DNA from: Pavona decussata
Taxonomy: Eukaryota
NCBI GenBank assembly: GCA_977016875.1
Contig: CDRNST010000167.1
Coordinates: 434,001-498,000 of the forward strand
Direction of reading: 5' to 3'
Length of the DNA: 64,000 bases
Positions 29,201 through 41,200 of the stretch are shown one piece after another. Position numbers and translations under genes: made by a program. The notes under the pieces are model-generated. The model was not told the DNA's origin and searched no databases. It saw only the letters and a list, made by a program, of their open reading frames with translations. How positions within the stretch are numbered: position 1 is the first letter of the stretch; every line of letters starts with the position of its first letter.

Positions 29201-32200
29201 CTCCATTAGAGCGGTTCTCAGTTTGATTGGTTGGCAAAACTCGCGCCCCTTTCTCAACCAATGAGAAGCAAAACCAAAACCAACCGTGACTTGCTCACAC
29301 GCGTTTTCCCGCGCTTGACATCGGTGACATGTATTTGCTTTGAATTCTGATTGGTTCGTTTTCTGTTTGCATTTGTTGGGATTGGTTAGAGAAATTACTT
29401 TGGTTTTGGTTTTAAGACAATCAAATGAAAACTGCCCTAAACTTGAAACTGAGTAAATCGATTGGCATGCTTAACTTTTGACATGCTTAATTCTTAATTA
29501 CTCAGCTTTCTTGAGAGCTTTAAAAATTCTGTAGTTTAATCATTTCTGGTATGAAGTGCCGCGGTCATTTAGCATTCTACATCCATCATCATATCACCAA
29601 AACCACCACATCCACTATCAGCATCATCATCACCATCATGTTTGGCAAACTACTTGAAATATAGGAGGGCTAAGGTGACCTTACAACGGTGGTTTTATGT
29701 AAGGAAAGTAGAGCTCTCAGGAAATAGACTAACATAATCAAAAGAAACTGACCTTCTGAACATCAGCTGCTTGCTTCATCAGTAAACCAATAACTTCGGC
29801 TGTAGCAGCATGAACCTCTTTGTACTTGAACGTCAAATTATTCACAAGACAGCTGTAAAATCTGTGAATTTCAAACACAAGAAGTTTTGTTTATTCTGAC
29901 GTTCTCAGATTAGAAATTGTACCCATTTCTAGTGAGACTCTGAGATTTAAAACTGGAAACATCGCAATGATTTTTACAAATATGTGTGATTAAAGAATCA
30001 TCTAACATGAATAGATTAATGACATGTGACACTCACACCAATACTCTGACATCTGCAAATGGTTAGACTTTCTAGTCTTCTCGGGTAAGGACGATAAAAC
30101 CGTAGGCCCCGTCTCACAACCCTTGTTTGTAAATAACTCTGTGGGACGTTAAAGAACCCACTCACTGTTCGCAAAGAGTAGGGAACGTAGTTCCCGGTGT
30201 TGTGGTCTGGTCTTTGTGTGTATACTCTCATGGTTGGGTGGGTAAATGCTCGGAGATATTAGCTGCATGAGCTACTCTTAAAATTCAAGGGTAAATAAAG
30301 ATACGATGATGATGATGATGATGACGATGATGATGATGATGATTATGAATACTCCGTAACAACATACAATACTATTTCAAAAGTAGAGAATGATGCAAGT
30401 GCTTAAGGGGCGAGCACCTGACCAAATGGATTAAACACTAATCTTAAAGCAAAGAATGCAACGTTTTGTTCCTAAATAAGCAAACGAATAACTTTAATTG
30501 TGGCAAACTACAGAGAAAATGAATTGATGTGACATTTTACTACCCACCTGTCTTCATCAATGGTAGAATCAATTGAAATGGGCGAAAGACCATTAGCAGC
30601 AATGATACCAAGCAACTGAATACCAGCAGTATTGTCCTTCTTCGTGGGGTCAGGGTTGGAAAACGCATCGAATAGCACCCTTAAAATCATGTAAAAGCTT
30701 TAGCAGACTTGCTGAACAGAAGAAATCCTCATGAATGAGGATGATTTGGGCACACAATATAACAAATTGACAATACCTACACGAGTTATTACCTTTACTA
30801 ACACGGTATACGGTATACAAAACAGAGCAGATACGCGCGGTGATATTTCACTGATGTTGGTTAGCTTATATTGAAAGGAAACGCATACGCAAGTGGGTGA
30901 TTCAAATTTACCAAATGAAAAACATGTACAATTGTTTTAAAAGCAACAGAAAACGAGAAAATTGTTTGAGTATAACCTATCTGCAATTAACAATCAAGAC
31001 GAGGGCAGACTACTACTTACCTTCCTGATACTATAACTACTGCAAGCTAAAACACATCAGATAATATACACGAACTAAAGAAGTTTTCATTATTTATCTC
31101 ATTCCGTAATGAATATACATTTATGTAGTCAATCAAAGGCTGGAGAACCATAAGTTTGCAGCAACCTTACGCGCTATCATTTGTAGTTATTACCTAATTC
31201 AGGACCTAATCTAAATAAAGAAAGAATTAGTGGAAAAGGCTTCCTCCATTAAGGGTTTTGCTTGTTATCTTATCAAGAATTGTACAAACAGTAACATAAA
31301 AACTTGAAAAGAACAGCTACAGAAAGAAAAATCTGGATCACTTACTTTGTAGGCATGTGGAGTCTGTCCTTCCAGATTTCTACCATGCTTTTTATAATCT
31401 CTAAATTGTTTCTGAACACAGAGCGATTCCTGTGTTGAGTTCTTGACATCATAAACTCAAGAAACCTGCTTGTTAGATACCGATCCTGGAAGAAATTAAG
31501 GATCAGAAATTCAAGAAAACAGTCAATAAAAAAATAGCTAAATGAAACAAAATTAAGCTTCAATCAACAGTTAAGGGAAGTCGATATCCTTGGTTCAGTA
31601 ACGTGTCACTCTTGTTCAGATAACCAAGAAGCAAGAATAACACAACAGCACAACAGAAGACATTGCATTTACAACTAACTAACACATGTGTCTGTAACGA
31701 GAGGTTCAAATGCAATAACTTGTTTTCATTCTCAATGAAAAACATCGTTTATCATTATACGGAAATGAAACGTAATAAATTAAAGCATCACATTGGTATG
31801 CAAGACGTGTTGGGTCTAACGTCTGCAGGTGGTTGTTTTTCTCCTGGTTTCAAGCTTGGGCAAACCTAAATACAGTTAGGAGGTTTATGGCTCGCAAAGC
31901 AAGAGTCAATACAGTTATATGCAAAAATCGTAAATGAAACTTACCTCTGGTATTGCTGTGCTACTCCATGACAGCATAGTGACCACAAGATCAAGAGTAA
32001 AGTAATTTATGCCTTCAGTGCCTGGCTGTTCAGAGTCTTTCATTCGCAGGATCAGCTCCATCAGAGGAGTAAGCCAAAATTTTGCATATGGTTCAAATAT
32101 CTTCGAAGGTGATACAAACAAAAACAAGGTCAACGTACATGTAAAATAGGAATGCAAAAGGTGTCCTCACTCTGTCAGTCGAGAAGCAGTTGTAGAAGGC

Positions 32201-35200
32201 TTCCTATGTCACAGATATATATTAAACAAAGTACATTGTTTTTTTAAGATAAGAACTATAATCATTTTTACCATTTGAGCCAATGCTTTCTCAACCGTTG
32301 TTATGAAACCTTAACTGTGTTGCCTCGTCAATGAAACTTCATTCAGTCTTTTATAGATCCACTTAACTTGGTCTAACATGGTGTGAATTTGAGATCAATA
32401 AGAAATAAGTACCTTGGATTCGTTTATAACCAGCTTTGCAATAAAAAGGCAAATGTTTATGTGGGTACTTGAGGAAGTCAGCTTTTTGTGCAAAGGTGAC
32501 ATCCAAGCTGGCATCTCATCAGACGGCACACCCTGTAACCAAAAAAAATCGTAACAAAATATCAGTCATAGCCTTTGCCAGAAAAAAGGAGCAGCTCTCC
32601 AAATAATACCACGCTGGTAGCTCTTACAACTAATAAAACACATGCAGACTCAAGAAGTACAATATCTGACCAATAACATTTACTTTTGCATTTGCAACGA
32701 ACTCTTGGAAACAGTTTAATGCAGGGATTCTCGTTGACGGGAAGGGGAAGTGACAGCCTTACATTGTACCTTATCGGATTTGTTTCAGTCTGTGAGTTGT
32801 ACGTTTTATTTGTCCCTGGTCCCAGTTGTTCAAAAAGCGGATAAGTCGCTATCCAGCGGATAAAATATATTGGTTGGAGTACATTTTATCCGCTGAATAG
32901 TGATTCATCCACTGGGTAGAGTTGTCCGCTCTTTGAACAACTATTATCTCTCTAACACAAAGAATACTTGAAAATATTAACCTTTTAAAAGGCAGATACC
33001 ACCTGATTTTCAGAGATCTGGAAATCTAGTGAATAGTGCAATGCTACAGGGTCCGCCTTCAACCAATATACCATTTACGGTAATGCACTGAGTGTAAACA
33101 GATTCGACCTTAACGTAATCCAGAGCGATACATCTTCTCACTCATACAGATGAGATCTTTTGAACCTTTCACAGGTCAGTTTTAAAGTCCATAGTGTGAA
33201 CGACGGCAACATCAATGTGTTCTAAACATGTTTTCTCAGCGGCTACCATCACGTGCTAAAGGTCTTGCACAAACGAAATCACTCTCAGGCAAAAGGCATG
33301 CAAGAACTCCTAAATTCCCAGCCGTTTTTAAGGATTCCATTCTATTACAAAGCATGTGTGTAAAAGTTCGAGCCTGATAGGTATAAACCCTTTGTTCTTT
33401 TATGTCTTTCATAGAATCAGGTTGAAAACGTTCTTCTTGCAAGGAATCATTTCCTTTCGGGTATCAGCATTTGGTACATGGGAGTCGACACAAAAATAAA
33501 GTCAAGTAACCTTTTTTTGTGCACAGGATTTGTGAACACAAGGGACATGCTGAGGCTTATACAACATCTTGGCGTTAATTTAACTGCTTCTTTTGTCTGT
33601 GACAGAAGTAGAAGCGAGAGCTGCTATTTTATTGTTTATCTGGTGTCTGTCGTATTGCTCAAACCCAAATCCAACGTCTTTTGGGCAACAAATCTTATCC
33701 AACAAGAGAAAGCTGTGTAACGAGATACATTTGGCCTTCATCCACATGGACTGAATGATATACTCGAACAGCACCAGCCAATACTCGAAGCTTATCACCT
33801 ACGATCAAGGATAAAAGGGCTGGGACAAATTCGAATTTACGATGTCTTCGTACGAATGCGACAAAAACACGGTACGCGAGAACGAAAAATATCTGTTCAC
33901 CGACCCCCACCCCCTTACAATGTTGAATCTGTGTAACAAAAGTGCCTTGTAGACTTCAACGTTGTATGGGGGAGGGTGTGGGGGAGTAAAATGCGTTGTA
34001 AACAGATAACATGGCTTCTTCACTAAATTCGCACAAAAAAAGCGTACTTTGTAAGATTTTTCCCAAGCCCTTTTGTCCTTGATTGTAGTTGATTCAATTG
34101 TTCCACTTTCTGTTTTTTTATAAATAGCTTGTACTCCAGAGTTGATGAGAAATTCACCGGGCATACCATAAGCAAAAACCCTCGGAGAAAGACATCCTCC
34201 ACCACCCCCCAATTTGTTTTATTTATTTGAATGGCTCAGCATTTTCAAGGACCAAGCTCTGTTGCTGTTAAACACCTTAAAAGCTGTTATCAATCCACTG
34301 TATAACACTGATGAGGACCCATAGTTCCATAAGCTACGACTCCATCCAAGAGGAATGTAGGCGCCAACTAAAAGTGCTCCAACTCATTACATCAGCAACA
34401 TTACATCCAAGTTTGACTAAAATTTCTCTTTCATACTTTGCCTCACTGTGTCCAACACCCAGTAAATCGGTACCCTTCATCTCGCATTCCACAAACACAA
34501 CTTTGTGTGGCGTGAAAAACTAAGCAGAAACGATATCATAATTAACACTTGTGAGTTCTAGGGTTTGGATAACTGACAACCTAACCAGCTATGTAATGTA
34601 CAACGACTGTGGAAAGAACGCCAATGGGTCTTTTTGTGGACTGTACATGGTTAGATACCTTTGGAGGTTCTGGTGAGATCTTGTTTTGTAACAAGTGCTT
34701 CACCAGGGCGGTAATCTTTGACATGCACTCGTGACTGTTTAGTTCGTCCATCTCTACAGTATCTTCACTCACTTCATACGACTCTTCCTGTGTTAGAACA
34801 AAGAAAAAGTCCAATAATGGACACGCGTTGTTTCTATTCTTTAATGCCTAAATCCAAGTTTAAACAACTATTTTCAAGCAGTTGCCAGTGAAGTTATCTT
34901 TTTTAACTGAAATGACACTAAAATTTGGTCAACATATGTACACTTCACAGAAACAAAGTGCTCTACCATATCCTTTTGGGGTTACTACGGCACTGCAGAC
35001 TTGTGACACAATGATTCCTTTGGTCTGAAAACTGAGCTGTTATTGGTAAGGTCATTTGTAATAGAAGTTCCCAAAAGCCCAGTTACGGAAATGCTGTGAA
35101 ATGCCAATTAGATAACTTTATTGTACCTTGCTTTCCACGCTTGTGCTGCCCCCATTAGGTCTGTATGGAGCGACTGTTACGTCAGTTACTGAATAAGCCT

Positions 35201-38200
35201 ACAAAAAACATCCGCATAGAAAGGAGTAAAAAAAAAATCCTTCCAAAGTTTGCACAGTACTTGATTACCCAAATGGAAAAGTTAAATATAAATAGTATTA
35301 CCTGGATAGGAGTAGAAAAATCATACTGGCTAACGTCTTCACTGAGGCTACTGTCTGCAAGGTACTGGGAACACATGTAATGAACTGATTGGCCTGATAG
35401 AAGAAAAATGATTATTCATCAGTTATGTAAATCCGAGTGTTTTCTTGATAACAGCCTGAAATAGTTTATCACATACAGTAGAGCCGCGCTAACTCAAACT
35501 CCCAAGGAAAACCCAAAATAGCTCGAGTTAGCGAGGTTTAGGTCACTTTCAAGTATCCTACTAATAACTAATAAATTTTGTGGTTTTATCATTCTTTCAC
35601 AATCACGAGTAACTTTGGTGCAATACGTTTGTTTTATAAGAACCTATTGATAAGAACGTTTAGTTTGGAAATTTTAGCTAAAATTTTAAGGACAAAACAA
35701 AGGCTAAGGTCGCCCTTTCCATACATTACATCCGTTATCAATAAAGATTAAAGATTTTGACATGTCAGTCAGCTATGTTTGCTAGGTTTACAGACCAACG
35801 TTTTTGAAATAGAGTTTGAGTTATTGGGGGAAATTTGAGCTAAGGGAAAGTAAAATTAGTTGGAGTTTGCGGGGAGTTGGAGTTAACCGAGGCCGAGTTA
35901 GCTGATAGAAAATGGCTGAAAAAAATGGGCTAAATCCAGGGGAAGTCGGATTTTGTTCCATTTAGCGGGGAGTCCGAGTTAACCGAGTTCAAGTAAGCGG
36001 GGTTCTACTGTATTATAAAATTACACTTGTACTTTATCAAGTAAGCGGGGTTCTACTGTATTATAAAATTACACTTGTACTTTACTGAGCAATAACTGCA
36101 ATACATAACCTGACCACAATTAACTTCTGACTTACGCTGTGCTTACACATATCAGTTTAGAGGCTATAACTACTGTTGCGGTTATTATTACGGTTGTTAT
36201 CGGAACAATTTATCGAGAAAAGAGCATTCATTATTGTGTAAGTATCGGTGTAAGATAATTCAACACCTCACCAGTTATCCCAGGAGATCCACTTTGATTG
36301 CTTTCCTCCAAACTATGAGAACGGGCCTCCTTCCTAATGGCAGTCATTTGTTTTCTTCTCTCAATAGGGGCCTATAATGTGAAAAGAGAAAGATGATAAA
36401 AAAGCTAAAATGTGAAACAGAAAGAGATCAATGCGTACTGGAAAGGAATCAATGACTTACGGAGAGCTCCACTTCAAATTCGTAAGTCTTGGTGCAATCT
36501 ACCAAGTTATCTAACAGCAACTGCCCCTGAAAGTGAGGATGGATATGAGTATAATTTTTAAAGCTCAGAATGGAATACATAAAGCAGTGCCAAAGAGTAG
36601 AGACGACAGTTATTGAAGACGATTTGACAATCTAAAGAAGAAAAAACAAAGCTTCACATTCACAAACCTTGACTGGATTCTCAGAGAAAAGAAATGCAAC
36701 ATAAAACTTCAGTTCTGTTTGGGTACAGGAAATCAGAGAAACCAGGCAATTGTAAGCGTAACAATGGTGCTGTCTCCGAAGTTCAAGAGCAACGGTCTCA
36801 CCACGCATGTCTTCAACTACAACTGCACGCGCTGCCCTGAAAAGCAAAGGTGGACTTCGCATAAACACCAGAAATCAAATGATGTAATGTTTATTTGCTA
36901 TTATACTAGTCGTTATGAGTTCTGGGTTAGTAGTGGCTCCTCCTATCAATCTCTGTAACGTTTTAATGCCCACCCTCAGGGCCATATTTGGGTTGCCCTT
37001 GCCTTGCTCCAGTTGTTTTCCTCCTGCTATAAGAGTTTTTACCACTCCTCAAAGCAAACATTTCCCAAATTCAACCCCACTCTAGATATAGACACTAATT
37101 ACTTTGTTTGTACTAAATGCAACCGTACAATACAGTACAATTTCTGTTTCGGACCACGAAGGACGGAGAAAGCAACAGATTGGCGCAGTTACCATGAGGT
37201 ATCAAACAGACGATTGTCAGACTTATGTCACTTGACTAGTGTTGATTGCTTTAGGCTAATGGCTTTGGAAGAGTAGGGGAAACATAATTATGTTTATCCC
37301 ATGGATGGGAGCGTCGTGAGTCAGTGACATATAAGGCAAATGACGTCAGAAGTAAGGATCTGAGGTACCAGCCTGGCTAGTCAAAATAATATTAATCGCA
37401 AGCAGATTTCTTTTGACAAGCGATGGCAAAGTAATTGTTTTCTAACAATTTGTTGAAAATTTACACTAACAATTTTCGGACAAACAAGCAATCTTACTTT
37501 GTAATTGCCATAGTCATCTCCTTCCCTGTTTTGACATCTCCTCCCACATAAGCTCTATTGATGGTGGATTCCGGCGTGTTCAGCTCAGACTTGGAGAGGC
37601 GAGAATACAATATCTCAACCAGTTCAAAACAGCAAACCTTCGAAGTCACTTGGGATTCAAAATTCAGATCTGACGGCTGCGTAAATTGGCAAAGAAATGC
37701 AATCAGTCGAAATTTTACCAGGCCAGTACTTGTTTATTTAAACATTCTCAGAACTTTTGTAAGTGGCTAAGGTGGTAAACATTGAAACAGTTAAGCATTG
37801 AGACCACCCTATCTACTGTATTAAGTACATCCTTGTGGTGCCTTTATTTCTTCCTCTATATCATGCAGTTCACATGATTGTCCTTCCTTAGTCTTATAAG
37901 ACTAGGTACCTCAATGGGCAATGGAGTAGCTGCTATCTTTAAAGGGGAGGTATCGCGAAGTTGAAATCATTTCAAAACTCAAAAATGTCTAAAATTGTCT
38001 AGTTTTGTTATAAATTATCACCCCACTGCAATAAACCTTTAGCCAGAGACAGAATAGGTCGGAATGGATTGAAACTTAAAAAATGTTAGGCAAACGTTTT
38101 TGACGTTCTCGCATATTTGTTTCCAACATGCCTTTGAACAGATCACAAGTTATTCCCTTCAAGAATTGAGTTCTTTCCTCTCGTTGTTCTGGAATTATTT

Positions 38201-41200
38201 TGTAGCTATTTTGTAGCTAACAAGAGGTTAAAAACCCATGACACTTCCCTCTAAGTTTGGCACGCACAAACATCCACCATTCTGTATATCCAAGGAAACC
38301 AGGGATTTCAGGAAACTAAGGAAAGTACCCAGCTATGAGAATTAATTTGCTACAAAACTGCTTCAATTCCTATTCATCATCAAACGAAATCTATCTTTCG
38401 TTAGCCCAATTACAGACCATACGGTGGGACGGATTGCGATATGTACTTGGATCATGACCAGAAGACAAGAAAAGACAAACACAAAACGTTTCCATAGTAC
38501 TAAAATGTCCACATCCACACATTTTGTGACCTCTCGCTTATTTGGTTCAATGTAGCTCACACAACAGGTGATTGCATATAACTACCTTTGCTTGCTTTGC
38601 TTCTATTATTGCTATGATGTCCTTTATGTGATGAAGGTAAAACTGCCTCACCACTGCAGTGGATGTGTTCAGGAGGAATGTTATGCAGACCCGCTCAATC
38701 ACAGCTCGACGATTGTCTGGACGATAGTCTCGCTCATTCATGAAAATTGCAAAGCACACATCCATGGCTGCCTTGGCTTGATCAGGTGTTAGACCGGGTC
38801 TATATGGATCGCAATATTTATTTTCAAAATCAACACCACCATCGGCATGTATCTCCACAAGAAACAAACAAAGCAATACACAAAACAACCCTGACGTTGC
38901 ACTTATACTAAAAACACCGTTATATTTGAAAAGAAACAAATAAAGTGAAACAAGGGAAACTTGGCTCTTCATCGCCGAGAAATGAGTTGTTGAGCTGGGA
39001 AGCTGCTGAAGTTCACATCAAGCACCGATGGAGCTTTTCGGCAACCTGGCGGCTATCTTGAGTGGCAATGTATTCTGACGCCCAGGGGCAAACCCTGTTG
39101 TCAAGCAGAGGCTGTTTGTGGGATTGACCGAATTTGTTGATGAGACAGTTAATAAACATGGGATTGTTTCGTTTAAGGAGAAAATAACACGAACTTCACC
39201 ATACGGGACTGGATAAGCAAAGATGTATCAAAGACTAAACAATCTATTTTCTTTATCATCTTTTGGGTTCATTAAGGACAATTGAGGCCTGTTTTACAGT
39301 GAGCCTCCTGCAAAGTTACATCTACCTAGTAAGGTCTCTCCATTTGTAAATGTTTATTTAAAATTAAATTCAAACCAGAATCTTTTTCTCTAGTGATTAT
39401 AAAAAGGTTAAAGTAGCCTGGTACCAATTTCAATTTTGCCCGCGTTTTTATCGTTTCCCATGGGAATGATTTATAGAAGCGAATTACAAAAATAGAGACT
39501 GACAATAATCACAGGTTATATTTGGAAAATATTTAAGAGGGAGCAATCAAACCTACCAAGCGTTTAAATTACTTCACTGCTAATAGCACCAAATTATTCA
39601 GCATGTCACATTTATTTAGCAAAATGAATGTACTTAAACCCAATATTTTGCCCTTTTTTTGGTATGAGTTACTCACGGTAGAAAGTGCGCTAAGAAGTCG
39701 GCAAAACGTCTGAAAGTGTGAAGTTTTTGCTCAGATAACCTAAGTCAGGTGAAGTAAACTAAGATGACATACTCAAGACGACTTGCCTTTGAACGAAGGC
39801 TTCTAAGGACTTCTGAATTTGGTCTTCGTGTATATGTTTACTTTCACGGCAGATGATTGTTATTAGCAGTTCAAGTAGCACCAGACTAGTAGAGGTGACA
39901 AGAGCAGCAAGGAGCTAGAGATTGAACAAATATGTTAAAATTATATATGCTAACCATGAACAAACGAGTCTAATACAAACTAAAAGTACGATTCGTCCAT
40001 TATATAATAAACAAATAAGACCAGTATAATGTTGCAATTTGGCAACCAGTAAATGCACACCATATTACAGCAAGTACAGTTTAAATAAAAACTTTGTTTA
40101 AGAGGTCTTAAGTAATTAGCAACTCAAATAACACTTAAAGTTCAAGGAAAGTTTATGGTATTTAATACCTGCTCGCTAACTAATCGGCATTTCTTATGAA
40201 GCAAACAAGAAAACAAAAGCTTAAAGGCAGGTGCCCGTTCTCACTCCCCTAGCACTAGTGCTTCACACCTTACCGTCACTTAAAACTCCCTTCTCCCTCT
40301 ATTTTACCGTATGCCACACAGGCCAGTCAAGAGCGGGTTACATGTAAAAGGTTGCAGTTGACATAACGAAGCACAACAAAATTCAGACATTTATGTTTAC
40401 AAATTATGTTACTGTAACGTTGAATTTGCTTTTTGTATAGGTAATCACATGATTTCGAGTGCGATTTGGAACAAATAAGCACGAATAAATTTTTCAAAGA
40501 CTAATAAAATTGCACGAGCCCGTAGGGCGAGTGCAATAGGCCATTTTCATGATGGCGTCATTTTACTACAACTACCAGAATTCATTTCGTTTTCCTTTTC
40601 AAATTCCAATTTTGTATTCCCAGTGGACAGCAAAGAACAATAGCTTTAATCAACACGAGGAAACAAAAACCAGAAGGATTAGTGAAAATGTCCTATTTGT
40701 AGTCTTTGAAAAATTTACAAGTGCTTATTTATCCCAAATTGCTCGAGAAAAATCATGTGAATCCTTATTAATAATATACATGAAAATATCGACGACAGAA
40801 AATCAAAAAAATCCAAACTGATCCAAAAATCAAATCCAGAGTGAAATTTTGGCTGCGCGAGCTTTTAGATAAAGTTCATTCAACTGATTGGCTGAAACAG
40901 ATTACCACGTTAGTCAAATTCAAACTTTTGCAAGACCAAAACATTCAAAATCAGTCATTTAACTGAGGATTCATTTTAAACCATTCAAACAACTTTTAAA
41001 GAAAACTCAGTTTACAATAATCAATAAAAGTAAATGTTCAATCGGTATCATCATGGATTAAGAAAGCTCGTCGTTTACAAGAACTGGACTGCCGTTTTGA
41101 AACCTCAGATGTACGCTTTGAGCGGCCAAAGATGACAGAAACTTGGCAGTTGTTGAACGTCTTCATCATGGTCTGTTCCTGAGACCAACATCATGACTGG

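Noticed and set aside
38308-38381. Minus-strand ATGATGA...CTGA pair resembling an intronic C/D snoRNA
   Set aside because: No well-placed terminal stem, and only a short possible rRNA complement; likely chance.
38960-39150. GC-richer, coding-looking intronic patch (also 17975-18330 and 48900-49180) as a possible nested gene
   Set aside because: No consistent splice signals or recognisable peptides; cannot be supported without a database search.
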